Assembly (NCBI GenBank): GCA_050246755.1
Contig: JBFWVL010000003.1
Coordinates: 1 to 64,000 of the forward strand
Reading direction: 5' to 3'
DNA length: 64,000 nucleotides
Source of the DNA: Bacteriovoracia bacterium
Lineage (GTDB): Bacteria; Bdellovibrionota; UBA1018; CAIPTA01
Shown here: positions 54,111 through 63,631 of the stretch, in pieces
Position numbering within the stretch: the first letter of the stretch is position 1
How the letters are laid out: each line of letters begins with the position of its first letter
The notes under the pieces: generated by a model
The model's database searches: none
What the model was told of the DNA's origin: nothing
Seen by the model: only the letters and a program-made list of their open reading frames with translations
Program-made: the position numbers and the translations under genes

Positions 54111-55507
54111 TTGCCTTTCCCCTGTTTCTTCTCGGGAGTCGGAGCTGGCTTGCCGCCATTTTTGCGAAAGGCGTGGAAGAAGAAGCCGTCGCTGGGGCCG
54201 GGGCCGAAAAATCCGCCGCCGATGCTGGTGAAATCGGGGTTAGCCTGGAGGAATTTGTCCACCTGCGCCTGCGTTTCGTTCTTGCGGAAGGTGCATACGC
54301 CGTAGGTGAGCGTGCCACCCGGCTTCACGAGTTTCGAATAGGTAGAGAGTAAGCGGGCCTGGAGCTCTTCAAGACGAGGAAGCTCATCGGGCTTCTGGCG
54401 CCATTTTACATCGGGATTGCGGCGGAGCACGCCCCAGCCCGAGCAGGGGGCATCGACCAAAACCATATCGGCTTTTTCTTTGAACTTCGTGGCCACGGGC
54501 TCGCCGGAATCGTCTACCTTCGCGGTTTTAATATTGAAGAGATTGGCGCGGGTAGCCCGCTTGCGGAGCGCTTCGAGCTTTTTCTCGGACACGTCGTAGG
54601 CGTATACCGAGCCTTTACCGAGCAAAGCATCGGCGATGGCGAGGGTTTTTCCGCCCGCGCCCGCGCAAGCATCGATCGCCACGAAATTACCTTTGATCAC
54701 CGGCAATTCTTTATCGCGGGGCCATTCGCGGCAGGCGCCGGGAACTTTGCGCAGCATCGGAATAAAAATCTCCGGCCAGAGCGCGAACAAGCTCATGATC
54801 TGGGAGCCCTCATCCTGGATTTCGTAATTTCCTTTTTTGAAAAGCTCGTGGCCCATCACGGCCGTATAAACGGGATAGTAAAAGCCGAAGGGCGTGTGCG
54901 CGGAAGAGCGGGCGCGGATCGGCATTTCGCGGGAATCGTTCACGGCGGAGAGCACTTCGTCGCGTCCCTTGGAACGGGTGGCGCGGAGGCTGAGGGGCGC
55001 GCGGCGGCCTAGGGCATCCACGAGATCCTTCGTTACCTTATCGCCAAAGTCTTTACGCCATTCGTTGATGATCCATGGCGGATAATCTTCCACCACGGGA
55101 TGGCCTTCGTTGGCGAACTCGGGATCGCGGCTCCAGGTGAGGAATAGGCGATGCGCCATCGCGCGCACGGTGGGCCAATTGGCGAGGGCCTCACCTTCGA
55201 GGCCCCAGGGCTCGTCGTCGTTCAGTTGGAAGCGGAGGTATTTGCCGAGGGAGCGAGGCCGCTGCAGGAGCAAAGGGGTAAGTTCCGCGAGCGCGGATTT
55301 TTGCGAGGGCGGGCTTTTCGAAAGCGCCGAATCCAGGTGGATGGGAGAGGAAAAAATCAGCTCCCAGAGAATATCGAAAGCGTCCCGGAATAGCATCGGG
55401 CGTCCACGGTGAACTTCTCGGGAATTAGGAGTGCGGACATTACGAGCATGGCTACGGCCTGATTCGCGTGCAGGGGCTCGTTTTTGTGGGTTTTTCTTGG
55501 TTTTCAT
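54107..55507 (-). CDS. RsmB/NOP family RNA m5C methyltransferase
   Basis: EIQDEGSQ, DACAGAGGKT, VDAPCSG, YGVCT. Confidence 0.92.
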   Translation of the reverse strand: MKTKKNPQKRAPARESGRSHARNVRTPNSREVHRGRPMLFRDAFDILWELIFSSPIHLDSALSKSPPSQKSALAELTPLLLQRPRSLGKYLRFQLNDDEPWGLEGEALANWPTVRAMAHRLFLTWSRDPEFANEGHPVVEDYPPWIINEWRKDFGDKVTKDLVDALGRRAPLSLRATRSKGRDEVLSAVNDSREMPIRARSSAHTPFGFYYPVYTAVMGHELFKKGNYEIQDEGSQIMSLFALWPEIFIPMLRKVPGACREWPRDKELPVIKGNFVAIDACAGAGGKTLAIADALLGKGSVYAYDVSEKKLEALRKRATRANLFNIKTAKVDDSGEPVATKFKEKADMVLVDAPCSGWGVLRRNPDVKWRQKPDELPRLEELQARLLSTYSKLVKPGGTLTYGVCTFRKNETQAQVDKFLQANPDFTSIGGGFFGPGPSDGFFFHAFRKNGGKPAPTPEKKQGKGK

Positions 55508-55582
55508 GGTGGTGCAACGCTTATATGCTGAAATGCAGCAAAACTCCTTAAAAAAGGGGCTTTGGGGAAGGATTCAGGAGGA

Positions 55583-56215
55583 CTAAGGGACTTCCTTCTC
55601 CACGAGCTCGAGTTCCTTCTTATGCGACCACCAGCTCTTGAGTACAATCACGGCCACGATCAGCAAAATGGTTCCAAGTACGCCGAACTGCACGCGCTTT
55701 ACCACGCGCACTACCTTGTCCACGTGGTTGCCAAAATAATAGGTGGCGTACACGATCGTGGGCACGCTCACGAGGGCGGCCAGGCCGTCGAAAAATAGAA
55801 ATACCCGGAAGGGGAGATGCAAGGTGCCGGCGCTGAAGAAGATCGGCGTGCGAAAGCCGGGCATGAAGCGAGCGGCGAAGATCACTTTGTTTCCTTGCTC
55901 GTGCAATTTGTGCCGCACGATTTTTAGCCGCTTGGGCGGAAGGAGCCTTCTCATGAAGGGGCGTTTCCGCAATTTCCTCCCGTATAGAGCGCCGATGGTG
56001 AAAACGGCGGAATCCCCGAGCATTACACCTACGAAACAAACCAAGATCATGAGACGTACGTCGGTGGCACCGTAGTAGCTCATCAGGCCAGCGGCAAAAA
56101 GGATGATGTCTTCGGGCATGGGTAGGCCGAAGCCGCAGGCCACGAGCAAAAAAAACACGATGAAGTAGGGCGTAGGGCCCGAATGAGTCATCAGTGTATT
56201 GAGCAAGGTTTGCAC
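55583..56215 (-). CDS. DedA family membrane protein
   Basis: GLPMPED, GD, ARFMPGFR. Confidence 0.93.
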   Translation of the reverse strand: MQTLLNTLMTHSGPTPYFIVFFLLVACGFGLPMPEDIILFAAGLMSYYGATDVRLMILVCFVGVMLGDSAVFTIGALYGRKLRKRPFMRRLLPPKRLKIVRHKLHEQGNKVIFAARFMPGFRTPIFFSAGTLHLPFRVFLFFDGLAALVSVPTIVYATYYFGNHVDKVVRVVKRVQFGVLGTILLIVAVIVLKSWWSHKKELELVEKEVP

Positions 56216-56330
56216 GGCTTCAAAGAATACAAGAAATCCTGGGATGACATAGCGTATAAACGGTGAAAATCCCTTTGGATTTGGCCCAGTACCCGGGAGA
56301 ATAGGGGCTTCATTTCAAAAGGGAGAAAAA

Positions 56331-56753
56331 ATGGCCTCTACCAATAAAGAAATTCTCAAAACCTTGGACGATATTCTTGAAAGCGAAGTTTCGGGTATTG
56401 TGCGTTATCTACATTATTCTCTGATGATCAAAGGACCGAACCGTATCCCGATCGTAAAGTTTTTCCGTGACCAAGCAACCGAAGCGTTCGATCACGCCGC
56501 CGTGATCGGGGAAAAAATTACGGCTTTGGGCGGACACCCTTCCCTGAAAGTAAACCCCATCAAAGAATCCAATAAGCATGATGTGATGGATATTTTGCGG
56601 GAGAGCTTGGAGCACGAAAAGCAGGCCGTGGCGCTCTATAGTAAATTACTTACTCTCGCCGGCGACAACGTGGCCCTCGAAGAGCTTGCCCGCCAGATGG
56701 TGCGCCTCGAAGTGGAGCATATCGAAGAAGTGGAGAAGATGCTCACGCGATGA
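56331..56753 (+). CDS. Bacterioferritin-like ferritin-family protein
   Basis: E...RYLH, E..HA, EKITALGGHP, E, EVEH. Confidence 0.85.
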   Translation: MASTNKEILKTLDDILESEVSGIVRYLHYSLMIKGPNRIPIVKFFRDQATEAFDHAAVIGEKITALGGHPSLKVNPIKESNKHDVMDILRESLEHEKQAVALYSKLLTLAGDNVALEELARQMVRLEVEHIEEVEKMLTR

Positions 56754-57667
56754 AGGATTCCTTCTTCGTTCGCATCTCCGTAAAAGGGCTGGGGCACGCT
56801 CCGCGGGAGGCCCTCTCCACCTTGGTTATCCGTTTGGCCGCAAGATTTTCTTTCCGCGGCCTTGAGGACTGGACCGTGGATCTCGCTTCCTCCACCAAAA
56901 TATTGGGGGCCGAGCGGGAGTTTCACGATTTGCAAGGCCGAGGCAAAACCAGCGATCAGCTAGTGGTATACTTCGGCACGAAGGCCGACGCGCTTTCCTT
57001 CGGAAATATTTTGCGGAACGCCTTCGCGGATCTCTCTGTCTCCAAACCCATGCGTCAGGCAAAACGCGATTGGATGAAGACCTGGCGCAAATACTATAAA
57101 CCAGTACGCTTGAAGGAGGTCGGCACCTCGCTCGTGATCACCCCGGCCTGGAAAGCGGCGCCCAAGGGCATGGCGAGCGTGAGGATTTATCCGGGGCAGG
57201 CCTTTGGTACCGGCACCCACCCCACCACGCGCTTGTGTTTGCGGCTGTATTTGAAGCATCGCTCGGCACCTAAGAAAATTTTAGATTTCGGCGCCGGCAC
57301 GGGGATTCTCGTGCTGGCGGCGCTAGCCTTGGATAAGGGGGTGCAGGCGCTCGCGGTGGAAAGCGACCCCGAGGCGCTGGATCAGGCCCGAAAAAACGCG
57401 CGGATCAATAAAGCGAAGCTAAGATTTGCCCTGAAAATGGGCGCGGGATCTTACGATTTGGTTTTCGCGAACGTGCTCGCGCCGGTTTTGGTGGCGCAGA
57501 AGAAAGCACTGGCACGTGCGGTGAAAAAGGGAGGGATAATTATTCTTTCGGGAATTCTCCGCGCGGAAGGAAAGAAGTTCCTGCGCGATTTCCGAACGCC
57601 CGATTTGAAGTTCGTGGAAGAGCTTGGTGAAGGCGACTGGGCGGCTTTTGCGATGCGGAAGGTATAA
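56750..57667 (+). CDS. prmA: 50S ribosomal protein L11 methyltransferase
   Basis: DW..TWRKYYKP, PGQAFGTGTHPTT, DFGAGTGIL, ANVLA. Confidence 0.92.
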   Translation: MKDSFFVRISVKGLGHAPREALSTLVIRLAARFSFRGLEDWTVDLASSTKILGAEREFHDLQGRGKTSDQLVVYFGTKADALSFGNILRNAFADLSVSKPMRQAKRDWMKTWRKYYKPVRLKEVGTSLVITPAWKAAPKGMASVRIYPGQAFGTGTHPTTRLCLRLYLKHRSAPKKILDFGAGTGILVLAALALDKGVQALAVESDPEALDQARKNARINKAKLRFALKMGAGSYDLVFANVLAPVLVAQKKALARAVKKGGIIILSGILRAEGKKFLRDFRTPDLKFVEELGEGDWAAFAMRKV

Positions 57668-57693
57668 AACCGTGGGGTTTTTCGTTAAATACC

Positions 57694-58620
57694 TTAACAG
57701 CCCTTGGTGCTAGCCGTCTTACGCTTGGCCTTCTGGGCCTTTTTCAGGCAATTGCTCATGCGCAAGATGCGGGTTACATAGGCGCGGTCGCGGTTATAAT
57801 GAAAGAGCGCGGCTTCGTGGGATTCTCGATCCTTCTTGGTCCAGCCGTTCGAAGACAAATAATTCGCCACGCTGAGAATGGAATCGTCGGCTTTGAATAG
57901 ATTCGGTTCGAGCTTCTTGCCTTTCGCCCAGGTGAGGTAGCTAGAGGGCAGGAACTGCGCCATGCCAAAAGCTCCGGAAAAGGAGCCCGAGAGTTTTGTT
58001 ACGTCTTTAAGGCCGCGGCGGTGCACCTCTTGGAGGGCCACGAGCTCGCTGACGGCCCAAGTCGATTTGGCGCGCGAGCGGTCGATTATTTTGGCCTCGA
58101 TCACGGGCGTGAATTCGGATGTTTTTTTCCGGGCCGAATCGAGCGTTTGGTCGAGAATGGTAGGGTAATCAGCTTCTACTAGGCTGAGGAACGCGCTGCC
58201 CACGTGGAAGGTGCCGAGGTCTTTGCCGTGCTTGGTTTCCACCCATAGGAGGGAGGCGATCACTTCTTTGGGAACAGGGTACTTTTTTTCCGCCCGCATA
58301 AATTCTTTGCGGTGGGCACGGATGAACTTTTCCACCCTTCCCAGTTCCCAGCCGGGAATTTTTTCGTCGCCGGTGGCCTTAGAAGAACGTAAGAATCCCA
58401 GGAGATTCAGGTCGAGCACTTTGGCGCGCTGGTCGTCGCGGTAATTATTGAAAAGTAGCTGAAGGAAATCTTCGTTGAGGCCGGCGGCGCGGAGTTTTTC
58501 GGAAGCGTATTCTCTCGGGCCGATCGAGCTGATCTGACGGTTCGAATGCACGGATCCACCCGAGCAGGCGCCGAAGGCGAGAACTAAGATAAGAAGGCTA
58601 AGGCGGGGGACACGCGGCAT
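57694..58620 (-). CDS. Lytic murein transglycosylase B-like lipoprotein
   Basis: Lipobox FGAC; VETKHG, GSFSGAFGMAQFLPSS, SVANYL..NGW, YNR..Y. Confidence 0.9.
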   Translation of the reverse strand: MPRVPRLSLLILVLAFGACSGGSVHSNRQISSIGPREYASEKLRAAGLNEDFLQLLFNNYRDDQRAKVLDLNLLGFLRSSKATGDEKIPGWELGRVEKFIRAHRKEFMRAEKKYPVPKEVIASLLWVETKHGKDLGTFHVGSAFLSLVEADYPTILDQTLDSARKKTSEFTPVIEAKIIDRSRAKSTWAVSELVALQEVHRRGLKDVTKLSGSFSGAFGMAQFLPSSYLTWAKGKKLEPNLFKADDSILSVANYLSSNGWTKKDRESHEAALFHYNRDRAYVTRILRMSNCLKKAQKAKRKTASTKGC

Positions 58621-58704
58621 GCTACGTCCTTGTGAAAGGCTGGAGAGGATTCATTCCCGTCCTAAGCAATATTTTGCCTTATTCGCGGCGGGAGGGGAAT
58701 ACCG

Positions 58705-59034
58705 CTACCATTTTTTAAACATCACGAAGGCCGCAGCCACTAATAGCCCGAAACCCAAGGCGTAATTCCAGCGGAATTCTTCCTTCAAGTATACCACCGA
58801 GAAGATGGCGAAAACGGCCAGGGAAATAACCTCCTGGATCGTTTTAAGCTGGGCAGCATTAAATTGTCCGTGACCAATGCGGTTAGCGGGCACCTGGAAA
58901 CAGTATTCGAAGAAGGCAATGCCCCAGGCCACGAAAATCACCACGATGAGCGGCGAAGATTTGAATTTGAGGTGGCCATACCAGGCGATCGTCATGAACA
59001 CATTGGAGACGGTAAGGAGCGCGATGGTCCACAT
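58705..59034 (-). CDS. Small DMT family protein (DUF486)
   Basis: SNVFMTIAWYGHLK, EYCFQVPANRIG, LKTIQEVI. Confidence 0.92.
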   Translation of the reverse strand: MWTIALLTVSNVFMTIAWYGHLKFKSSPLIVVIFVAWGIAFFEYCFQVPANRIGHGQFNAAQLKTIQEVISLAVFAIFSVVYLKEEFRWNYALGFGLLVAAAFVMFKKW

Positions 59035-60216
59035 CTATCGACCCAGGGCATACTCGAGGTCGGTCCAGAGGTCTTCGATACTTTCTACGCCCACGGAGAT
59101 ACGGATGAGGCCGTCGTCGATACCGAGGGCTTTGCGATTTTCTGGCGGAACGGAGGCGTGGGTCATCACCGCCGGATGCTCGATCAGGCTTTCCACTCCG
59201 CCGAGCGATTCGGCGAGCGCGAAGATCTTGGTGCCTTCCACCACTTTGCGGGCTTTTTCCAGTCCGCCCTTCACCACGAAGGTGATCATGCCACCGAAGC
59301 CGCTCATCTGTTTGGCCGCCAGAGCATGCTGGGGATGAGATTTCAGCCCGGGATAAATCACTTTAGCCACCTCGGAATGTTCCGATAGCTTTTGCGCGAT
59401 GGTGCGGCCGTTGGAATCATGGCGCTGCATGCGCAGGGGAAGGGTTTTCAGGCCGCGCATCGCGAGCCAGGAATCCATCGGTCCCGCCACGCCGCCCAAA
59501 GATTTTTGCAGGAAATAAATTCTGTCGGCGAGGCCTTTGTCTTTCGCCACCGTTACTCCGCTGACCACGTCGGAGTGGCCGTTGAGGAATTTGGTGGCGG
59601 AGTGGAGCACGATATCGGCGCCGAAACGGAAGGGGCGCTGAAAAATCGGGCTCATGAACGTATTGTCCACCACCGTAAGAATTTTCTTCTTATTGGCGAA
59701 TCCGATCACTTGCTCGAGGTCGATCACCTTGAGCATCGGGTTGGTGGGCGTTTCGATCCAAACCATTTTTGTATTGGGGCGGAAGGCCGCTTCGTATGCG
59801 GCTTGGTTCGTCATGTCCACGTAGGTGAACTGGATGCCCTTGCCGCCGGCGGCGAAAACTTTATCGAACATGCGGAAGGTGCCGCCGTACACGTCGTCGG
59901 AAACCACCATGTGGTCGCCCGGCTCCAGCAAATGCACGATCGTGGTTTCGGCGGCGCAACCGGAGGCAAACGCCGCGCCAAAGCCGGCGCCGTCTTGTTC
60001 ACACTCGAGCGCGGCTACGCAGGCTTCAAAGGCCGAGCGGGTTGGGTTTTTCGTGCGGGCGTATTCGTAGCCGGCTCGTACGGGTTTGCCGAGACCATTC
60101 TGCACGTAGGTGGACGTCTGGTAGATCGGGGTCATGATGGCGCCGGTGGAGGGATCGGGAGTTTGGCCGGCGTGGATGGCTAGGGTATCGAGCGAGAGTT
60201 TGCGATCTACTTTCAT
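59035..60216 (-). CDS. Cystathionine gamma-lyase/synthase (Cys/Met PLP family)
   Basis: PIYQTSTY, YAR..NPTR, YGGT, ETPTNP, DNTF, HSATKFLNGHSD, AESLGGVESL. Confidence 0.93.
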   Translation of the reverse strand: MKVDRKLSLDTLAIHAGQTPDPSTGAIMTPIYQTSTYVQNGLGKPVRAGYEYARTKNPTRSAFEACVAALECEQDGAGFGAAFASGCAAETTIVHLLEPGDHMVVSDDVYGGTFRMFDKVFAAGGKGIQFTYVDMTNQAAYEAAFRPNTKMVWIETPTNPMLKVIDLEQVIGFANKKKILTVVDNTFMSPIFQRPFRFGADIVLHSATKFLNGHSDVVSGVTVAKDKGLADRIYFLQKSLGGVAGPMDSWLAMRGLKTLPLRMQRHDSNGRTIAQKLSEHSEVAKVIYPGLKSHPQHALAAKQMSGFGGMITFVVKGGLEKARKVVEGTKIFALAESLGGVESLIEHPAVMTHASVPPENRKALGIDDGLIRISVGVESIEDLWTDLEYALGR

Positions 60217-61187
60217 ACGCTGATCCCCTTCTCTTTCAGCCAGGCGTCGTTGTAGAACTTGCCCAAATATTTCGAGCCGCTGTCGGGAAGGATCACGAGC
60301 ATTCTTCCGCCGTTGAGTTTTTTCGCCGCCTGAATGGCGCCCGCTACGGCCATGCCGCAGCTCGAACCGGCAAAAATTCCTTCTTGTTTGGCGAGGCGAT
60401 GAAGCATCGTGATGGCGTCCTGGTCATTCACCTGCTCGAACTCATCGATATAGTTAAAGCGCACGTTATCGGGAATGATGTCTTCGCCCACGCCCTCGAT
60501 GAGGTAGCTTTTTGCTTCCACGATTTTTCCGGTGCGCTTGAAATCGGTGAGAATAGAGCCGACGGGATCTACGCCGATGGTCACGAGCTTAGGATTTTTT
60601 TCTTTCAAAAATTTGGAGGTGCCGGAAACGGTACCGCCCGTGCCCACGCCGGCCACGTAGTAGTCGATTTTGCCTTCCATCTGTTCCCAGATTTCAGGGC
60701 CGGTTTTGGTGTAGTGGGCTTCGAAATTCGCGGGATTATTGTACTGGTTGCCTAAGAACGCGTTGGGAATTTCGTTGGCGAGGCGCTTAGCCACCGAATA
60801 GTAGGAGCGAGGATCTTCCGGACCTACTTCGGAAGGGCAAACTACCACTTCCACGCCCACGGCCCTCAAGGCATTCACTTTGTCTTGCGATTGCTTGGAG
60901 CTCATCACGCAAACACATTTATAGCCTTTCACTACCGCCACCATGGCGAGGCCCATACCGGTATTTCCGCTCGTGGCTTCCACGATGGTGCCACCCGGCT
61001 TCAACTGCCCGGATTTTTCGGCCGCTTCGATAATGAAGGGCGCGATACGGTCTTTGATCGATCCGCCTGGATTCGTGAACTCGAGCTTCGCGAATATTTC
61101 GGTTTTCAAACCCTTGGTGATGTTGTTGAGGCGAACGATGGGAGTGTCGCCGATGGCTTCCAGGACGTTATTACAGATCTTGCGCAT
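60213..61187 (-). CDS. Cystathionine beta-synthase / cysteine synthase family (CBS-like)
   Basis: NPGGSIKDR, EATSGNTG, SYYSVAKRL, NQYNNP, GTGGT, YLIEGVGED, KFYNDAW; ATGA-coupled to the gamma-lyase. Confidence 0.9.
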   Translation of the reverse strand: MRKICNNVLEAIGDTPIVRLNNITKGLKTEIFAKLEFTNPGGSIKDRIAPFIIEAAEKSGQLKPGGTIVEATSGNTGMGLAMVAVVKGYKCVCVMSSKQSQDKVNALRAVGVEVVVCPSEVGPEDPRSYYSVAKRLANEIPNAFLGNQYNNPANFEAHYTKTGPEIWEQMEGKIDYYVAGVGTGGTVSGTSKFLKEKNPKLVTIGVDPVGSILTDFKRTGKIVEAKSYLIEGVGEDIIPDNVRFNYIDEFEQVNDQDAITMLHRLAKQEGIFAGSSCGMAVAGAIQAAKKLNGGRMLVILPDSGSKYLGKFYNDAWLKEKGISV

Positions 61188-61229
61188 GCGGGGGAGATTA
61201 CTGCGCCGCGGAGGAAAAGGGAACCCTAA

Positions 61230-62504
61230 CTAGCGTCCAATTATTTCCCGGCCATTAGCCAAAGTCGACAGTCGACCCAGTGCCCCATAGAGTTTCTCGA
61301 GAATTACGTTTTCTCGATTTGGGCTGCGGAAAAGATTCGCAAAGCAGAGAGGCTTAAAGTGAGCTCCGGGAGAATTCAAATTACTCTCCGCGTCGCGATT
61401 GGGATTCAGGCGCAAAAATCCCCCGATCGGATCGGTGCCCGCTAGATAAATCACTGGTTCCGCGGTTTCATCGTCTTCTTTCAGGTCGGTGGGAATGCCT
61501 TCCATGATGATCACGCTGGAAACCTGCACTCCGCCTTTGCCGACGTTCATTTTATTTTTATCGCGGCGATTTAGCGCGAGCAATTCTTGGCCCGAGCGGG
61601 CCGTCATGATGCTGCGGCCGTAGGTACCGGAATTATGCTTGATGAAAACGTGAGGATCTTTGGCGATCCCGCGGGCTTTGTAGTCGGCACGGATTTGGGA
61701 GAGCACTAAGTCGGCGCCTTCGGCGAGTTTTTCCATGCCGATTCCGTTATCGAAATCGAGGCCGTCTACCGAAGTGTAGCGGGTGGTGATGAGCCAGGGA
61801 TCGAAATCGAGCAGGTTGGCGAAACCGGTGGCGAGCTCCGTATAGTGGCGAAGGTGCTCGCTCTTGAGGCGGCGGTGCCAGCCGACGGAAGGGTCAGGGG
61901 CAAGCGTTTGCTCGATGCCTTCGAGCTCAGGCGGAACGCCCGAGGAGAGGTCATTATTGAGTAATACGAAATCGGTTTTGGTAAAGGGCACGCGCTCTGT
62001 GCGGAGGAGGTTTCCGGCGCGCAGGATACGTTCAAGCACGATGGTGCGGCCAGTGGCGGTTTTCACGGAGGTGCAGCCCTTGGGCAGGTTGGGTTCAAAG
62101 GCCGGATTTAGATGACCAAGCACCACTTCAAACTTCGCGAGGGAGAGGATCTCTTTCAGGGCCCAGAGGTTTTCGAAGTAAAATAAATTATTCGTATGGT
62201 TTTCGGCCACTACCAGCACGCGCTCGGGCCTAAGGCCGCGGTTCTGGGCGGTAAGGGTTTTTTCAAACGTAGCGGCGGCGAGCGCCCAATCGTCTACGCA
62301 GATATTATTATGGCCGCCGGGAAAGATATTGGAGTCCACCGGACTTACCTTGAAGCCGGAATCTCTTAGGTCGATACTCGTATAGGGGGGGGCAGGGGCC
62401 ATGCGCCCTTGTTCGGTGAACCATTTTTCTAGTTCTTCGTGCTTGGCAAAAATACGGTCTACTAGATCACAACGAAACTCGCGGGCGTTTTCACAGGGGT
62501 TCAC
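61230..62504 (-). CDS. gshA: Glutamate-cysteine ligase (Acidithiobacillus/Bordetella-type GshA)
   Basis: YTSIDLRDSGFKVSPVDSNIFPGG.NN, ENHTNN..Y, LNNDLSSG, GWH.R.KS, GTYG, EPVIY. Confidence 0.88.
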   Translation of the reverse strand: MNPCENAREFRCDLVDRIFAKHEELEKWFTEQGRMAPAPPYTSIDLRDSGFKVSPVDSNIFPGGHNNICVDDWALAAATFEKTLTAQNRGLRPERVLVVAENHTNNLFYFENLWALKEILSLAKFEVVLGHLNPAFEPNLPKGCTSVKTATGRTIVLERILRAGNLLRTERVPFTKTDFVLLNNDLSSGVPPELEGIEQTLAPDPSVGWHRRLKSEHLRHYTELATGFANLLDFDPWLITTRYTSVDGLDFDNGIGMEKLAEGADLVLSQIRADYKARGIAKDPHVFIKHNSGTYGRSIMTARSGQELLALNRRDKNKMNVGKGGVQVSSVIIMEGIPTDLKEDDETAEPVIYLAGTDPIGGFLRLNPNRDAESNLNSPGAHFKPLCFANLFRSPNRENVILEKLYGALGRLSTLANGREIIGR

Positions 62505-62533
62505 GGGGATTCCTCAGAATTCTAGGTTCTGTT

Positions 62534-63631
62534 TTAAGATGGGCGCGATAAGGAAACAAGCAAGAGATCCACGCGCTTTCTGATTAACTCTAAGGGTGCC
62601 GAGCTAACGCCTCGATTTTTAAAGGATTTTATGTTTTTATCCAGTTCGGTTAAGAGTCGGTAGAGTTGCCCCTGCGCGGCGCGCTCCAGGGCTTGGCGGT
62701 TCTTCAGCGATTTCCCTTCGGCCGCTAAATACTGACGAAGCTTAGCGGCCAGGCCATCGATATTACGGTTGAGGGAGTTGGATACTTGAGGGGACCAAAT
62801 GCTTTCCCGGGAAAATACCTCGTTGCTGGCCAGGGTGATCGCTGCCCGCAGGCATTCGGTGAAGCCCTCTAGCCAATTTGCGTACAAGGTTTTGCTGCCC
62901 TTCCCAGCCGCGATCTTTTGCGGATTCATGGCCAAGCATTCCCGTTCGCTCACGAGCAGCGAAGTATAATAGTAGCGTCCCCACACGTCGCGCTCCGCTT
63001 CTTTCAAGATGGAACGATCTTCTCCGGAAGTGAGATCGAGGTATTGGGTGGCATCTTTCAGCTGACCCTTGGCGCCCATGGTTTCATTGTTTTCGATCAG
63101 CGCCCGCGCCCACAGGAGCTTGAGCAACGCGCGATTATTCTGGAAGAGCGTTACGTTTTCGGTTTCTGCGGCTAAGCCTAGGAGCCTGGGCCAATCGGAC
63201 AGCCGTTCGTAAATCAGGAGAAGCGCCATGCGGGCATCCTGGCTTTCCCGACGGGCCTTGCCCACCTGCAAAAACTTTTCGAGGTAGCCGGCGGCTTCCC
63301 GGTTATTGCCGCTATTGAAGTGGCTCATGCCAAGATAATAAGGAATGAGATCAAAGTCCGGTACGCTGGGGCCGGTTTTCTCCAACTGGCGAAATTGAGA
63401 AATGGCGCGAGGATAATCACCGGCTTCATAGCTTTGCACGGCCCACTCAAACTGGTTCGCACGAATGCGATTGTATGATCGTTCCCGCGTAGGACTACTC
63501 ACCGTTTCTTTACCCAAATCGGATTCCGGCGTGCCATTGAATATAGAGCAGGCGGGCAATACCGCAACAACGGCAAGAGCCAGGAGGCTATTCCAGGTAG
63601 CGCGCGAGCTGCAGAAGGGAAGGCAGGTCAT
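62534..63631 (-). CDS. TPR-repeat lipoprotein
   Basis: Lipobox LPAC; TPR-like helices (YYLGMSHF, A..YLEKFL). Start uncertain. Confidence 0.72.
   Translation of the reverse strand: MTCLPFCSSRATWNSLLALAVVAVLPACSIFNGTPESDLGKETVSSPTRERSYNRIRANQFEWAVQSYEAGDYPRAISQFRQLEKTGPSVPDFDLIPYYLGMSHFNSGNNREAAGYLEKFLQVGKARRESQDARMALLLIYERLSDWPRLLGLAAETENVTLFQNNRALLKLLWARALIENNETMGAKGQLKDATQYLDLTSGEDRSILKEAERDVWGRYYYTSLLVSERECLAMNPQKIAAGKGSKTLYANWLEGFTECLRAAITLASNEVFSRESIWSPQVSNSLNRNIDGLAAKLRQYLAAEGKSLKNRQALERAAQGQLYRLLTELDKNIKSFKNRGVSSAPLELIRKRVDLLLVSLSRPS

Noticed and set aside
58666-58679. Sigma54-like AGGCAAAATATTGC upstream of the MltB-like gene
   Set aside because: The GG-to-GC spacing is 9 rather than the required 10 nt.
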